Below the pieces are notes generated by a model. That model was not told where the DNA came from. It saw nothing but the letters and a program-made list of their open reading frames with translations, and made no database searches. The translations under genes were made by a program, and so were the position numbers. Below, piece after piece: positions 24,101-37,854 of a DNA stretch of 64,000 nt. The stretch's first letter is position 1. The number at the start of each line of letters is the position of its first letter. This stretch comes from Minutocellus sp. GHC0000111. Taxonomy: Eukaryota. The stretch covers positions 3,534,001-3,598,000 of the forward strand of contig OZ361256.1 in assembly GCA_977018835.1 (NCBI GenBank). Reading direction: 5' to 3'.

Positions 24101-24525
24101 TTGATCGTCACGGCGATGCCAAAATTACGGATTTCGGCCTGAGTAAGATTGTGGATGCTCCTGAAGCTGGTGACAGCATGGAGCTTACCAGTCAGGGTGC
24201 AGGTACCTACTGGTACCTACCCCCCGAGTGCTTCTTGACGCACCAGGGCATTCGCATCAGCAACAAGGTTGATGTTTGGTCGATTGGCGTGATCTTTTAT
24301 CAGATGCTTTTTGGCAAGAGGCCCTTTGGAGATGGACAGTCTCAGGATCACATCCTTACCAACAACATCATGCTCAACGCCCGAGACGTTCGGTTCCCCT
24401 CGTCGCCCCAGGTATCCGACGGCGCAAAGGACTTTATTCGCCAGTGCCTCACGTACGATCAAACCTTCCGACCAAACATCAGCCAGCTTTGTTCCAATCC
24501 TTATTTACAGCAGGATATCCAGTAG
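21108..24525 (+). CDS. TLK: Tousled-like Ser/Thr kinase, 2 exons
   Basis: Exon 1 21108-22001 (AAG|GTACGT), exon 2 from 22132, phase 0; RLGRIVY..ESWEDG, ELKR-like ALKRVASEDSSRF, LGRGGFSEV, AIKIHQL, IIHYDLKPGNIL, ELTSQGAGTYWYLPPECF, ISNKVDVWS. Confidence 0.95.
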
Positions 24526-24984
24526 TGACATAGTCGCATAGTCGCTGCTATTTGCATGCTGCCATGGATAGGATTGGAGCGCAGAAATTTCTTTTTGTAC
24601 AGTTGTGGTAAAATTAGTATTTTCATAAGATAAGACAATTACCTTCAATACTAAACTATTGGTGCATACGTATATTCATTTCTTTATACAATAAGAACAA
24701 ATTAAAGTGTACAACATGCCCTCCGGCGACAAAAAGCTTCCGTAGACTTGGAAGCACTCAGCTCTTAAGCTTTCCTTCTTTATCCACAGTCGACTGATTG
24801 CATTATTGCAACAAAGCAAGTGTAGATACCGGTCCCTCTCTCTTCATCTCATAGCAGCCAAAGGCACAGTTGCGCTACCCGTCCTCTTTCACTTGGAAAG
24901 CAAAGTGACACGTAATAGGAGATTGACTGACGCTACATTCGATCGTGTACATGTAGCCTTTCCTCGGAAACAATAATCGTTTTG

Positions 24985-25302
24985 TCATGTGACATATTTG
25001 GCCTGTGTCTGCTGCTTATGCGGCATGGCTCTCGGCGGCGAAAAGGAAAAACCAAACTCGTCGTCATCACTATATCGTAAATGTCCCGGTGGGCCATACG
25101 ATGCGGCTGCAGCGGCGGCCTGTCGCTGGGCCCTGCGCTGGCTCTTGGTGCTATTGCTCAACATGACCAGCGATGAGAGGCAGCAAAGCAAACCTTTGAT
25201 GCCACACCGTTGTCGCTCAAGGTCAGCCGGATCAACAAAGCTCCGATTCGGCACCGATCCGTGACGGGCGTGGAAGTCGGACCACTGTGTCGTCGAGGTC
25301 AT
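24985..25302 (-). CDS. Possible small hypothetical protein (105 aa)
   Basis: ATG-initiated ORF isolated in an intergenic gap, hydrophobic Cys-containing stretch; no recognisable domain. Confidence 0.4.
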   Translation of the reverse strand: MTSTTQWSDFHARHGSVPNRSFVDPADLERQRCGIKGLLCCLSSLVMLSNSTKSQRRAQRQAAAAAASYGPPGHLRYSDDDEFGFSFSPPRAMPHKQQTQAKYVT

Positions 25303-25797
25303 ATTGATGACGAGGGTTCCCCAGGATTTTTGTGGGAAAGCAGGATGAAGTACTCGTATCGTGCCTGGAATTGATCGGGGCGGAACTCGGAAGGATCGTG
25401 AATAACTACCTACATCAAACGACGGGCTAAAGACACAACCGATGCGAACGAAAAAGACTTAGATGGTTGCTTTATCAAAGCTGCTCCTCAACGAACGCAA
25501 GCACCGCAGGCAATCATCAATCTCATCAAATCTGTCATTACAACGGCCGCATGCCATCTCTCACTAAGTAGCTACGTAGGAATTCCTACTCTCGCTGAAA
25601 GACGGAGAATAAACAACAAAAACGCGAGTCTAATAAAAGGGTAACCCATACTTTCTTTCTCCGCTACACCAAACTCGAAAGCCGGGGCGGGGGGGGGGGG
25701 GGCGCGCGCCCTCCGCTCGCTCCGCGAAGAACACGAACACAAACTTGACGCTGACGCACATGTAAACTGCTCAATTCTCAATGTAGGGGCAGCCAAC

Positions 25798-27294
25798 ATG
25801 ATGCACCGGCCAATTGGCTCCTCGCGCTCTGCTGCTTCTGCGCTACTCTTGGCATGTCTTGGTGTGCCGTCAGTGGGTGGATTCGTACCCTCTACAACTA
25901 CTAGTAGTAGTATCACAAGCGGCAGTATCATCATCGAACCGAACAATGCCGACAACAATCATCACGTCCCGCCCACTCGTTCGTCATCGGAGCTCAATGC
26001 ATTCCTGGGACGATACCTGATCGATATCGGACCATCAGAGACAACTGATGGTGCCGAAATGGGCGTTCGTTCCACTTCGTCTTCTTCTTCTTCGCTCTCT
26101 AGACGAGATGCTCTGGGACAGGCCGCTACGGCGGCAATGGTCACTGCCGCCACCGTGTCATCGGCAGGTATTAGCCCAGCATTCGCCGAGAGCTATACAA
26201 AGGAGCCAACGAAGATAGACCTCGAGGTTGAGACAGACTACCTCATCAAGACACTCGAGTTCTTCGATGGGGATATGCGTAAGGTTCTGAGTTCAGTCAT
26301 ACGGAGCCCTTATACTACTGTCAAAATCAACGCGCCAACGATAGATAAGGATGCAGCTCGTGATGCGATTCTGCGGGCACTGTATTCGTACGAGGCTCCC
26401 GGCGATTACGCAGAACAGGCGAGCTGGGTGAACATCGGAGAGAGCGATAATTCCTTGATTGGATGGGTGACGAAGAAGCGCTACAGAATTGACATGCCCA
26501 ATTTCTCACCGGGAGAAGAATTGCCGCTGAAGACGACCATCACGCTGTCGAATCTAGAGGCAGGTGCTGCTGCCACTCTGCTGTCATTTCCCCTATCTTA
26601 CGGCTACTACAAATACGAAGGATATTGGGAGGAGCAAGAGGCCAAAGCAAGGAAGGAGGCTGCAGCTGCCAAGAGAGCTGCTGCGGCAAAGGCGAAGAAG
26701 GCGAAACCAGCAAAAGAGGGAGGTACGAAAGCCTCGGCGGGTAAACCAAAGAAGGCCACAGCACCGATGGCAAAGAATAAGGGAGGAGAAGTGGCAAAGC
26801 CAAGGCCTGCTGCTGCAGCTACAGCTGCTGTTGTCACCGAAGGAGCAACTACTGCGGCGGTGGCAGCTGCGTCAGTTGGTTCGACGGAGGAGAAGTCGAA
26901 GGGGCCACCTCCAAACGCCGACGCTGTTTGGCAAAAATTACAATCTGAGATGGCAAAGGATGCGTCACAAACGCCAGTCACGCCGACTGCAGTCGATTCC
27001 GCGGCTATCCCTCAGCCTGCTGCTGCTGAAGCCGCGCCATCAACTCCCGGCAACGTTGCTGGGGGGTTGAGCGCATACGAGTCATACCTCGAACAAGCAT
27101 ACTCTGCAGCGCCTGCTCCGGCACTGGTTAATCCTGCGGATGCTAGCGCGGCAACATATGCACCTTCTGAGCCTACAGTGGCCACGCTTGTAGAAGAGAG
27201 GGCAGAGCCGGTGGCAAGGTCGGCACAGCCTCTTCCCAGATCAGGACAGTCGACACCATTCGGTGGAGGTTATTTGGATTCACTTTCACCATAA
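25798..27294 (+). CDS. Plastid-targeted thylakoid protein (signal peptide, transit peptide, Tat lumen signal)
   Basis: Signal peptide ending VGG-FVP (ASAFAP-type); SRRDALGQAATAAMV..PAFA; hydrophobic segment near aa 255-270; C-terminal GGGYLDSL. Confidence 0.75.
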   Translation: MMHRPIGSSRSAASALLLACLGVPSVGGFVPSTTTSSSITSGSIIIEPNNADNNHHVPPTRSSSELNAFLGRYLIDIGPSETTDGAEMGVRSTSSSSSSLSRRDALGQAATAAMVTAATVSSAGISPAFAESYTKEPTKIDLEVETDYLIKTLEFFDGDMRKVLSSVIRSPYTTVKINAPTIDKDAARDAILRALYSYEAPGDYAEQASWVNIGESDNSLIGWVTKKRYRIDMPNFSPGEELPLKTTITLSNLEAGAAATLLSFPLSYGYYKYEGYWEEQEAKARKEAAAAKRAAAAKAKKAKPAKEGGTKASAGKPKKATAPMAKNKGGEVAKPRPAAAATAAVVTEGATTAAVAAASVGSTEEKSKGPPPNADAVWQKLQSEMAKDASQTPVTPTAVDSAAIPQPAAAEAAPSTPGNVAGGLSAYESYLEQAYSAAPAPALVNPADASAATYAPSEPTVATLVEERAEPVARSAQPLPRSGQSTPFGGGYLDSLSP

Positions 27295-27665
27295 CGAACG
27301 CAACACATAGACTCTAGAGTCTAGGCGTTTATATTAAAACAACCCTTCATTTTTGTGCTATTGGGTGAGGATCAATCTAACAGCGTCGTTCCACATGCAT
27401 GTAGATTTAGCTAAATCTACCTGTACCGGTAGATCTACCGGTAGATCGGAGAAAGCTCTCAGCCCACGGACGGGAAGGGTTGGTTCGCACCCGAAGGTTC
27501 GCGGCGTAGTGACGGCCAGACGCGACAAAATGGATTGCGCCGCGCCTACGCCTGTGGCTGCTGCTGCTGCTGCGCATGCGCTGCTGCTGCAGCGCTGACT
27601 CACAGCTTGACTCACGTGAGCATGTCCATCCTTCTTGATGCCACTCGCCACCGGCATGTTTTCTG

Positions 27666-29807
27666 ATGGCTGCAGCACCCCCCACCCTTTCTGTCGCATC
27701 GGCGCTCCTGGCGATTACATGTAGTAATCCATGCTTGGGACATGGACATCCAGCCTTTGTCGGTTCTCGATCTCCCGGCATCAGGAACACCCCCTTCGGC
27801 CAACGGTGGCAACAACGACTTTGGAATCGCTGCTTCAGCACACAGTTGTTCACCTCGCCTCATCATGTGGAATCTCGTCCACGTGTGTATATTGAGGAGG
27901 CAGAGGATGGCTTCGTTGATCATGAGGAAAATCTTGAGGAAGGAGAAATGTGTGTCAAGGCAGTCAAAGCATTTGCGAAGAATAATGAAGACGATGAAAA
28001 ACTATTTTTATGCGCTGGCGCCTTGGTTCGGCGACCACCATCTCCAATCACTACAGACGCCGCCAACATGACAATATATGACGCCTGGATGGCCGATGCA
28101 ATAATGAGCGGCAAAGGGGGACCAAACTTGCAAGTACAGGGCGCTATGTGCGTCTTGGATGATTTATATCGCCTATTTCTATCCACTTGTGCGGATGGTC
28201 GAAATAATGATAATTCCGTCTTTGTTGTACAGTGCGGAAGGGCGACGAGCGAGTATACCTGCGCATCGTACAGTGCGGCGCTTTCTCGGGGCTTTCGTCC
28301 TCTCGAGGACATAATTGCTCAGGAACACTCGCACGAGGGAGAATCAGAATCGAATTTTTGGCGCGACGAAATAGTCGATGGACTTGTTCTGGATCCTGCT
28401 CTGGGCATTGAGCGATACACAATTTCAGCATGGTATCACCGAGGAACTTATCAGGGCAACGTAGCGCTGAATATCCTTGGTCACTTGTCGTCTTTGCGCA
28501 AACCATTTGTATTCGGAGATAAAGAAAATTTGCAATCCTCTCTATTGTCCGAACAATTGGACGCCAGGTCAACCGTGGTACATACAAAGCAAATTTTACC
28601 TTCCACAGTTGTCTCGGATGTAAATCTTCATCTCAAACATATTGAGCAAGCCGGACTGTTGGATGATCAACTCGACTCCGTTGATAATCAACCTAGCAAC
28701 CACATATCTCTAATGTCAAATGGACAGAATGTTGTTGAGGAAGATTCAGAAGCTTCTTCAGTCCTATCAATCTTGGAAACCTATGTAGAGGGCGTATTAT
28801 TGCCTCAGGTAAGAATTGCAACGAACAATATCGACGTTATGGTATCGGACATCTTCTTGAGAACATATTCTACCGGTGATGAAAGTGTCAGGTGTGAGCT
28901 AGATGCGCACTACGATTGTTTCAACTTTGCGACCGCTGTCATTGCCCTAGATGATACTGCGTCTGATGGTACCAACGGTCTGTACACTTTGCTGCCAGGA
29001 TCCGAAAGAGAGAATGGTTTTAGCCATTCGGCTCAGCGCCGATACTTTCCTCTTCTAAGGGGAGATGCCGTGATACATTCTTGGAGAGTGAAACACGGAG
29101 TAAAAATTCACGGCGAAAATCAGAAGAGGGCGAGTCTTGTAATATGGTTCAATACAGGAAATGATGAAAATGATGAGCAACAGGGCATCATCTCGCTCTT
29201 GCCACCTCCACCGACATGGCTTGTAGAAGGAGCAAAGAAAGGGGACGAGATTGCACAATTTGTTCTTGCTAGCGCAATGGAGTCGCTATCTTTTTATTGT
29301 GATTTCGACGACCTTGCATTCAGTGACATACAAACTTGGTCTATACAGGAGTTGCATCCCCATGACTTGCTTATCAATAGTGCCTCTCAAGGCAATGGTG
29401 ATGCTTTGGCTAGACTTGGGACGATATGCCGAGAGAGAGATATTTCAGACGATGGTGGGAAAAGGTTGGTAGAAATGCTGGTGAAAATTAGGCCTGCCGG
29501 TGCATATGGTACATTAGATTCGGATCCTTTGGAGCTAGACGATGAAAAGGATGACGAAGAGGATGACGTTCCTGGTAGTGAGGATATCGATCGGAGACTA
29601 CTTGCTCGCAAGCTATGGTTCGAGGCGGCAATGCGTGGAAATCCTTCAGCCCAAATAGCGTTGGGTGATGAAGCGCTTGATTCAACATTTCCTCTCACCG
29701 CCGAGGCATTGCTCATGGCCAAAACATTTTACAGCCTTGCCGCCCATCAGGGGGATCCCGTCGCAAGAGCTGCCCTCTCAAATTTGGATGGACTTGGAAA
29801 GACATAA
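27666..29807 (+). CDS. 2OG-Fe(II) oxygenase (P4H-like) with Sel1-like repeats and N-terminal presequence
   Basis: FLRTY..LDAHYD..AVIAL..GDAVIH..KHGV..RASLVIWF; AKKGDEIAQFVLA, WFEAAMRGNPSAQIALG, YSLAAHQGD. Confidence 0.8.
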   Translation: MAAAPPTLSVASALLAITCSNPCLGHGHPAFVGSRSPGIRNTPFGQRWQQRLWNRCFSTQLFTSPHHVESRPRVYIEEAEDGFVDHEENLEEGEMCVKAVKAFAKNNEDDEKLFLCAGALVRRPPSPITTDAANMTIYDAWMADAIMSGKGGPNLQVQGAMCVLDDLYRLFLSTCADGRNNDNSVFVVQCGRATSEYTCASYSAALSRGFRPLEDIIAQEHSHEGESESNFWRDEIVDGLVLDPALGIERYTISAWYHRGTYQGNVALNILGHLSSLRKPFVFGDKENLQSSLLSEQLDARSTVVHTKQILPSTVVSDVNLHLKHIEQAGLLDDQLDSVDNQPSNHISLMSNGQNVVEEDSEASSVLSILETYVEGVLLPQVRIATNNIDVMVSDIFLRTYSTGDESVRCELDAHYDCFNFATAVIALDDTASDGTNGLYTLLPGSERENGFSHSAQRRYFPLLRGDAVIHSWRVKHGVKIHGENQKRASLVIWFNTGNDENDEQQGIISLLPPPPTWLVEGAKKGDEIAQFVLASAMESLSFYCDFDDLAFSDIQTWSIQELHPHDLLINSASQGNGDALARLGTICRERDISDDGGKRLVEMLVKIRPAGAYGTLDSDPLELDDEKDDEEDDVPGSEDIDRRLLARKLWFEAAMRGNPSAQIALGDEALDSTFPLTAEALLMAKTFYSLAAHQGDPVARAALSNLDGLGKT

Positions 29808-29860
29808 GAAGAAAGGGATTTCATCGAGTATCTAGTGTAAAAATCACAGTTAAATTTAAT

Positions 29861-32265
<2,405 letters not shown>

Positions 32266-32392
32266 CTATGACACTCCTGAACCGAATTTTCCCTCGCATA
32301 TAGACTCAACTCTTAAATTTGAGGAGTAATTATCGATTGTACAGCATTCGAGGCCGACGCGATCGCGACATCAATGGCAAATAGTCTTTGCA

Positions 32393-34207
32393 ATGGTCGC
32401 TCTTGTGCTGCCATTACTGGCCCACATCGCTTGCTCTTCGGTTGGATTTGCGTCAGGGTTTGTTTTGTCACCAGCAGTTCGTGATGATCGCCGGTCTCGT
32501 GGTCCCTTCCTGTCGTCGTCGACAACGACCGATGTACCCGTCAGCTCCTCATTCTGGAACGATGGCGAGAGAGTTGCAAGGTTGCCCGATCCACCGTCAG
32601 CGGAACGTCTGAAGCTGATTCAGGAAAAGCCCTACCGTGGTGGATTTGAGCCCGCCATCGACGTCGAGCAGCCATATGAGCTCAAGATTGTGCAGGGTCG
32701 AATCCCGCCCGACCTCATTGGCACCTTGGCATCCAACGGGGCGGGGAGGATTCGCGTTGGGGATACTCAATATGGGCACTGGTTCGACGGAGACGGATAT
32801 GTTAGCTGTGTGAGTTTCGACGGCAAAGAAAATCGAGCGGTGTTCAATGGCAGATACATTCGAACAAGCCGATTTCTGGCCCAAGAAAAACTAATGGAAG
32901 ACATGAGGAGAAATCATGCTGAGGAAAATGATTTGGCCGCGCCGTCTATCGCCTTTTCAGGTGCATGGACCAAGAAGGGCAGAGGTAGGTGGTACGAAAA
33001 TGTCGGCGTCTTCCCAACTAGCCCGGCAAATACAGCGACCATGTGGCTTGAAGGAGACGAAAGCAAAGGAAGCGAGGCGCCAAGGCTATTCGCGCTCTGT
33101 GAAGGAGGAGATCCTATTCAGCTTGACCCTCAAACGTTGGATGTAGTTCAAGACGAGAGGCCCTTTGCATCTTCTGACGGCTCAACCAAGGTAGACTCAT
33201 TCTTCAGTGCCCATTTCAAACGCTGCCCAATGACCGGTGACATCTATAACCACGGCTTTCTTATTCGGCCTGGACCACTCCAGCCTGAAATGAACGTGAT
33301 GCAATTGTCTGCAGAGGGGAACCTGCTACGTCAGGCAAAGTCCCAGCTACCCTTCGATTGTCTCACTCATGATTCTGCAATGACTAGCAATTTCATGATA
33401 TTTATTCTTCCTCCACTGTACATACCACCGACTAAGGTGTTCTCTTTGATCAGCGGCGCTGCCACCTTGGGCAACATGCTCGAGTGGCACGGGCAGGACG
33501 AGAAAGCTTATGTTCATGTTGTTTCCAAGGATGATCTCAAAATAGAGTTCCGCATCGAACTGCCAGAAATGACTAGCCTTTATCACACCTGCGATGCCTA
33601 CGAGGAAAGGGGTGATGATGGATCTACTCTACTGAGGGTAAGAATAGCTGAACATGATTCGATGGACCGAGAGAAGCTGGAGGAGCAATTCAGCGACCAA
33701 TATCGAGTGAGAGACAAACGAATCAATGCAAACCTCGTGGAGTATTTGTTTAGCTTAGATGAGAATGGAACAGCTGGCAGATTCGTCGATAAACGTCTGG
33801 TGGTAAAGAACGCAGCCTTGTGTGAATTTCCAGTCGTCAATGCGAAATTTGAGCCTGAGGAGAGGCGACGGTACATTTGGACGAATGCGCTCTCAGATCC
33901 ATCGGGCGAGTGGCTCGATGGCATTCAAAAAGTTGATGCGAAACAGGGCACCGTATCTGAGGTCGTTACATTTGGTCGTGGAACCTTTGCGGGGGCCCCA
34001 ACATTCGTACCAAGCAAGCCCATGTCGGCGGAAGATGATGGCTACATACTGGCTACTGTCTATGTGTCGGAGGAGCATCGATCTGATGTTGTCGTTTTGG
34101 ATGCAGCATCCCTCGATATTGTTTGTAGGATGGAACTCCTTCATCATCTTCCTTTTCAGTTCCACAGCGAATACTTGGCAGGCTATGTCAACAGTTCGGC
34201 GGATTGA
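32393..34207 (+). CDS. Carotenoid cleavage dioxygenase (RPE65 family), probably plastid-targeted
   Basis: HWFDGDG and four candidate Fe-binding His (SAHF, THD, LYHT, FHS); EFPVVN; EDDGYILA; signal peptide then ASG-FVL. Confidence 0.9.
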   Translation: MVALVLPLLAHIACSSVGFASGFVLSPAVRDDRRSRGPFLSSSTTTDVPVSSSFWNDGERVARLPDPPSAERLKLIQEKPYRGGFEPAIDVEQPYELKIVQGRIPPDLIGTLASNGAGRIRVGDTQYGHWFDGDGYVSCVSFDGKENRAVFNGRYIRTSRFLAQEKLMEDMRRNHAEENDLAAPSIAFSGAWTKKGRGRWYENVGVFPTSPANTATMWLEGDESKGSEAPRLFALCEGGDPIQLDPQTLDVVQDERPFASSDGSTKVDSFFSAHFKRCPMTGDIYNHGFLIRPGPLQPEMNVMQLSAEGNLLRQAKSQLPFDCLTHDSAMTSNFMIFILPPLYIPPTKVFSLISGAATLGNMLEWHGQDEKAYVHVVSKDDLKIEFRIELPEMTSLYHTCDAYEERGDDGSTLLRVRIAEHDSMDREKLEEQFSDQYRVRDKRINANLVEYLFSLDENGTAGRFVDKRLVVKNAALCEFPVVNAKFEPEERRRYIWTNALSDPSGEWLDGIQKVDAKQGTVSEVVTFGRGTFAGAPTFVPSKPMSAEDDGYILATVYVSEEHRSDVVVLDAASLDIVCRMELLHHLPFQFHSEYLAGYVNSSAD

Positions 34208-34650
34208 AGCAAATCAAATCAATCATGACGAAATTTCAGACTTCGATCTAAAAGTTGGATGAAAATCCTAAGGCACAGAGGGTATACACATACATTTTTG
34301 AATTTCAAGAGTACTTTGGTTGATACGGTTGATTTATCCACTCAGAAAAAAAGTCGTTAGGATTTTCATGTGAAGTACTACTAACTTGATCAGCATATAA
34401 TTCTCAAAAATCACAAATTGCTAGTTTATTTTCACAAGTCACCAGAGAGCTCCACGTGGCAAGAGTTACGTACGAGCTCGTACATGTGCACGTGCCAAGT
34501 GACAGCCGACGGCGCCGAGCAACGAGTGCACTTACTACGTTAGACTAGAGTAGTACTACGTAGCTACAAGCTACGTAGCATGTAATGCTGCTACCGATAC
34601 CGGTGCTGCTCCATTTGAGGATCCGTTTGCTTATCTCATCACGGCAGTCG

Positions 34651-35097
34651 TCAAACGTCGTCTTGTTCGGTCCGTTTCGCGAGGCTGTCGTTGGTGCTGC
34701 CAGCACCGCCATCTGATGTTTCATTCAGAAAAGTCTTCTCTACATCAAGGGGGACAGCCTCATCAGGTACCGCAGCTTTGTCTTCAAAAAGTTCCGTAAG
34801 CACACCCATGCTCTTCTGGAGATTGTCGACTGCAACGTCCAAATCACCGTTGACAGCATGTCCCAGATCACACGTGATGAGCACGTCTCTGAACTTCTCG
34901 AAGGCTCAATTCGAGGACGCGGTTCCAAAACATATGCATCTGTCCTTGTCTTTATGACAGATGGGCAACTCGCCGGCCCTCCCATGAAGAAGAGCAACAC
35001 CAAGCGCTGACTCAACAAGCGCATTTGTCAAACTTACTGCAACCACGAGAAGCATCCTATTTCCATCGGACCTCTCCTTTAAAAGAACTGTGCCGCC
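34651..35097 (-). pseudogene. Degenerate coding exon of unknown family
   Basis: After a ttctctag acceptor reads GGTVLLKERSDGNRMLLVVAV..LPICHKDKDRCICFGTASSN*AFEKFRDVL.. with one in-frame stop. Confidence 0.35.
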
Positions 35098-35673
35098 CTA
35101 GAGAAGAAATCCTGTTCACATCGGACCTCTGCGTGCACCACAAGAACAACAGCATCCTATTTGTGTCGGATGCATGCTGCAAGCCATGAGAGTGTTGTGG
35201 TGTTGGCTCTATTTACCACTATGATTATATTAATAGTATTCGAACCAACCATCACCACAAACCCCACAACAAATTTTGCACGATTCCACAGAGCATAAAA
35301 TGTCATGTGTGTAATATATATTTAATTTAACCTTCCGGTATTCTTACCATTCAACCATTTAATCCCCATAAATGGAATCTACATAATGTTATGCACTGGT
35401 AGCTATCTACTAGGTAGCTGCATTGCACACATGTAGATCTTCACTGGCGTCTACCGGCGCCTGATTGCAATAGCGCCGACTCACACCATCGTACATATCT
35501 GAAAACAGAGGAGGTAAGAAGAAAAATATCGGGGCAAAGATCGCAAAGATCTCTCTTGACACCGAACATCTGGCAACCGGCACCATCGATTCGCATGCGA
35601 TCGACCTTGCCATGAAAAGATATTGCGAAATTAGTGACTACCAAGCGCTCAATACAATGCGAAAACGAAAGAA

Positions 35674-37816
35674 ATGACACATTCGATGAAGATGGAAGTG
35701 CCAATGACGACCGAGGAAGAAGATGCGTTCGCAGAAAAGCAGCTCAAGAAGAAGCAAAACAACAGATCTAATTGGGAAAAGCACGGGTCGCGCTACAATG
35801 CGAAGCGACGTCAGGAACGTCAATCGAAGAAAGCAAAAAAAGAGGAAAGACTTGAGGAGTCGGAGATCATCGCGCAAAGGCAGCGCAAGATGAGACAACG
35901 CAGCAAATCCAATTGGGAAAAGCACGGGCCGAGCTACAATGCGAAGCGACGAAAGGCATATCGAGATAACAAAATGAGAGAAGAAGAGAGGTTGGAGGCT
36001 CTGGAAATCATCCAGAAAAGACATGCTGAGGACACGCGGCTCAAAGAAGAAATGAAATGCAAAGCAGTGGAGGATTCGCGCATGGCATACGAAACGGTGA
36101 TGGCTAAGGAGAGACAGATGATAGATGAGGCCGAGGCAAGAAATACAATGCCGCCATTACCGCCGCCACCAGCATTCGTGATGCAATTGCCCGATTTTCC
36201 CATCGTCCCCGAGCTTTCAGTGCCCACAACAGATGATAAAATGATAATTGGAGTTCGTTGTTTGTATCAGAAGAAGGGAGCCAAAAAGAGGAATAAATTG
36301 ATCAAAGAAGAAGTGATGTATGCTGATCCAAACAGTCATCCAATTTTCATCCGGCCAGTCGGCTGGCACTTGTACAGAAATCCCTCTTGTCTATGGCGGT
36401 GGGGTCGTCAGGTACTATCCGTCGGCAATTCAAGAGGAAGATGCAGAGAGGATATCATCTTATCTCTTGTCATCAGAGTGCGATCATTGGCGATCATACG
36501 TGTCCAATGGAAAGGAGCCTAGGCTGCATTTTTTGGTGGTTCCAAAAGATTGCGAGGGTTGCGGATATGCCTACAACACCGTGAAGATGAAAGGCGTTCC
36601 TCCAGAAAGATGCGGCGCTCTTGGAAATTACTTTAATGAATTCCTTGGCGCGGTTGGAAATAACACAGAGGATGCCCAGTCGATGTGGACTTTGGATGCA
36701 ATTCTGTACAGAAGCAACAAGGATCACATTAACAAACATGCTGATAACAAGCAAGGCGAGCAACGGATATTATGCATTGTAATTCAGTCTAATCCAAGGA
36801 TTGTTGAAATTGAGTCGAATGAGAGCTGTGGTGATATCATTGAGAAAATCACATTGCTCGTCCGGCAAGGCGAGGCCTACGAAATGGACCAGTCAACGCA
36901 AAAGTGCTACCAACACCAAGTACCGAAAATGGATGAGAAAATAAAAAAGAAATACAAACTGTTGTTTCCAACCGCCAGCAATGGAGTATCGTCTCGTGAT
37001 GGCGATACTACAGCCAGCAGGGCAGATATTGCAAAGGAGCAAAGATTAGCTTTGATATTTCGATTGATGCAGCAAAAGGTGGTAGACAGGGACTCCGGCA
37101 TTGTTGTTACAGATACTTGCCCTCCGCCGAAACCTTCGTATGCATTTGGCCATGTTCCGGGGGTCGAAGAAGGAAACGTGTACACCAAGAACGAATTGGA
37201 GGAATTGGGTGCCCACTTGGGCCAAAATAAAGGTGTAAGTGGAAAGAAGGAGGTCGGAACGGACGCAGTATTGATATCTTGCCCCAAAGAGGAACTGAGA
37301 GAGCGCGATCGATTTGTTTCATTACTGTACACTTCAAGTAACAAGCAAGGGGCTCTGGGAACAATGAAGACGATGCAACTTGGCGAGTTTGTCCGCGTAT
37401 TCCGGTCGTCAAAATCAGATGGTAAATGCCCAGGAGTAAAGAAGAATGGGTCTCCTGGCCATCGATATGATGGTTTGTACAAAGTAGCAAATGCTGTTGA
37501 TGAGGCGGGAAATCTTGTCAATGCTAGCGCCCCGCCAGGAAGCAAGGCGCAGTATACTTTTCACCTGGTGAGGGCCAGTAAAGGAACGGGCCCTCGAGAC
37601 AATAAATTGAGTGCCGTAGAGCTGTACAATATCATGCTGGACCAGCGCAGCAGCAACTGCACTACCGTAGACGGCAGTGGCGGCAGCGGCAGCAAGAAGA
37701 TGTCGCCACTACCACCCGAGATGCTCAAATCATTTGAATTAAGCAAAATTGGAAAGATATCTCTTGATGCCAGCGACTGCCGAAGAAGGAAGGTGGCCAA
37801 GGGTAAAAAGATTTGA
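35674..37816 (+). CDS. AlkB-family 2OG-Fe(II) dioxygenase fused to an SRA/YDG domain, with charged repeat N-terminus (frameshift or short intron near 36310-36360)
   Basis: AlkB: EPRL, ILYRSNKDHINKHAD (HxD), QKCYQHQVPK (H), QRLALIFR (RxxxxxR). SRA: FGHVPGVEEG, GAH..GVSG, VRVFRS, HRYDGLYKV, YTFHLVR. Confidence 0.85.
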
Positions 37817-37854
37817 AGAATGATTGTAATTGCTCTCTACAATTTTGGTTACAT

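Noticed and set aside
25685..25702. Poly-G tract as a G-quadruplex or regulatory element
   Set aside because: Single homopolymer of unreliable length with no other support
34259..34369. 13-bp inverted repeat (atgaaaatcctaa/ttaggattttcat) as a MITE
   Set aside because: No target-site duplication or second copy seen; overlaps the putative MULE end
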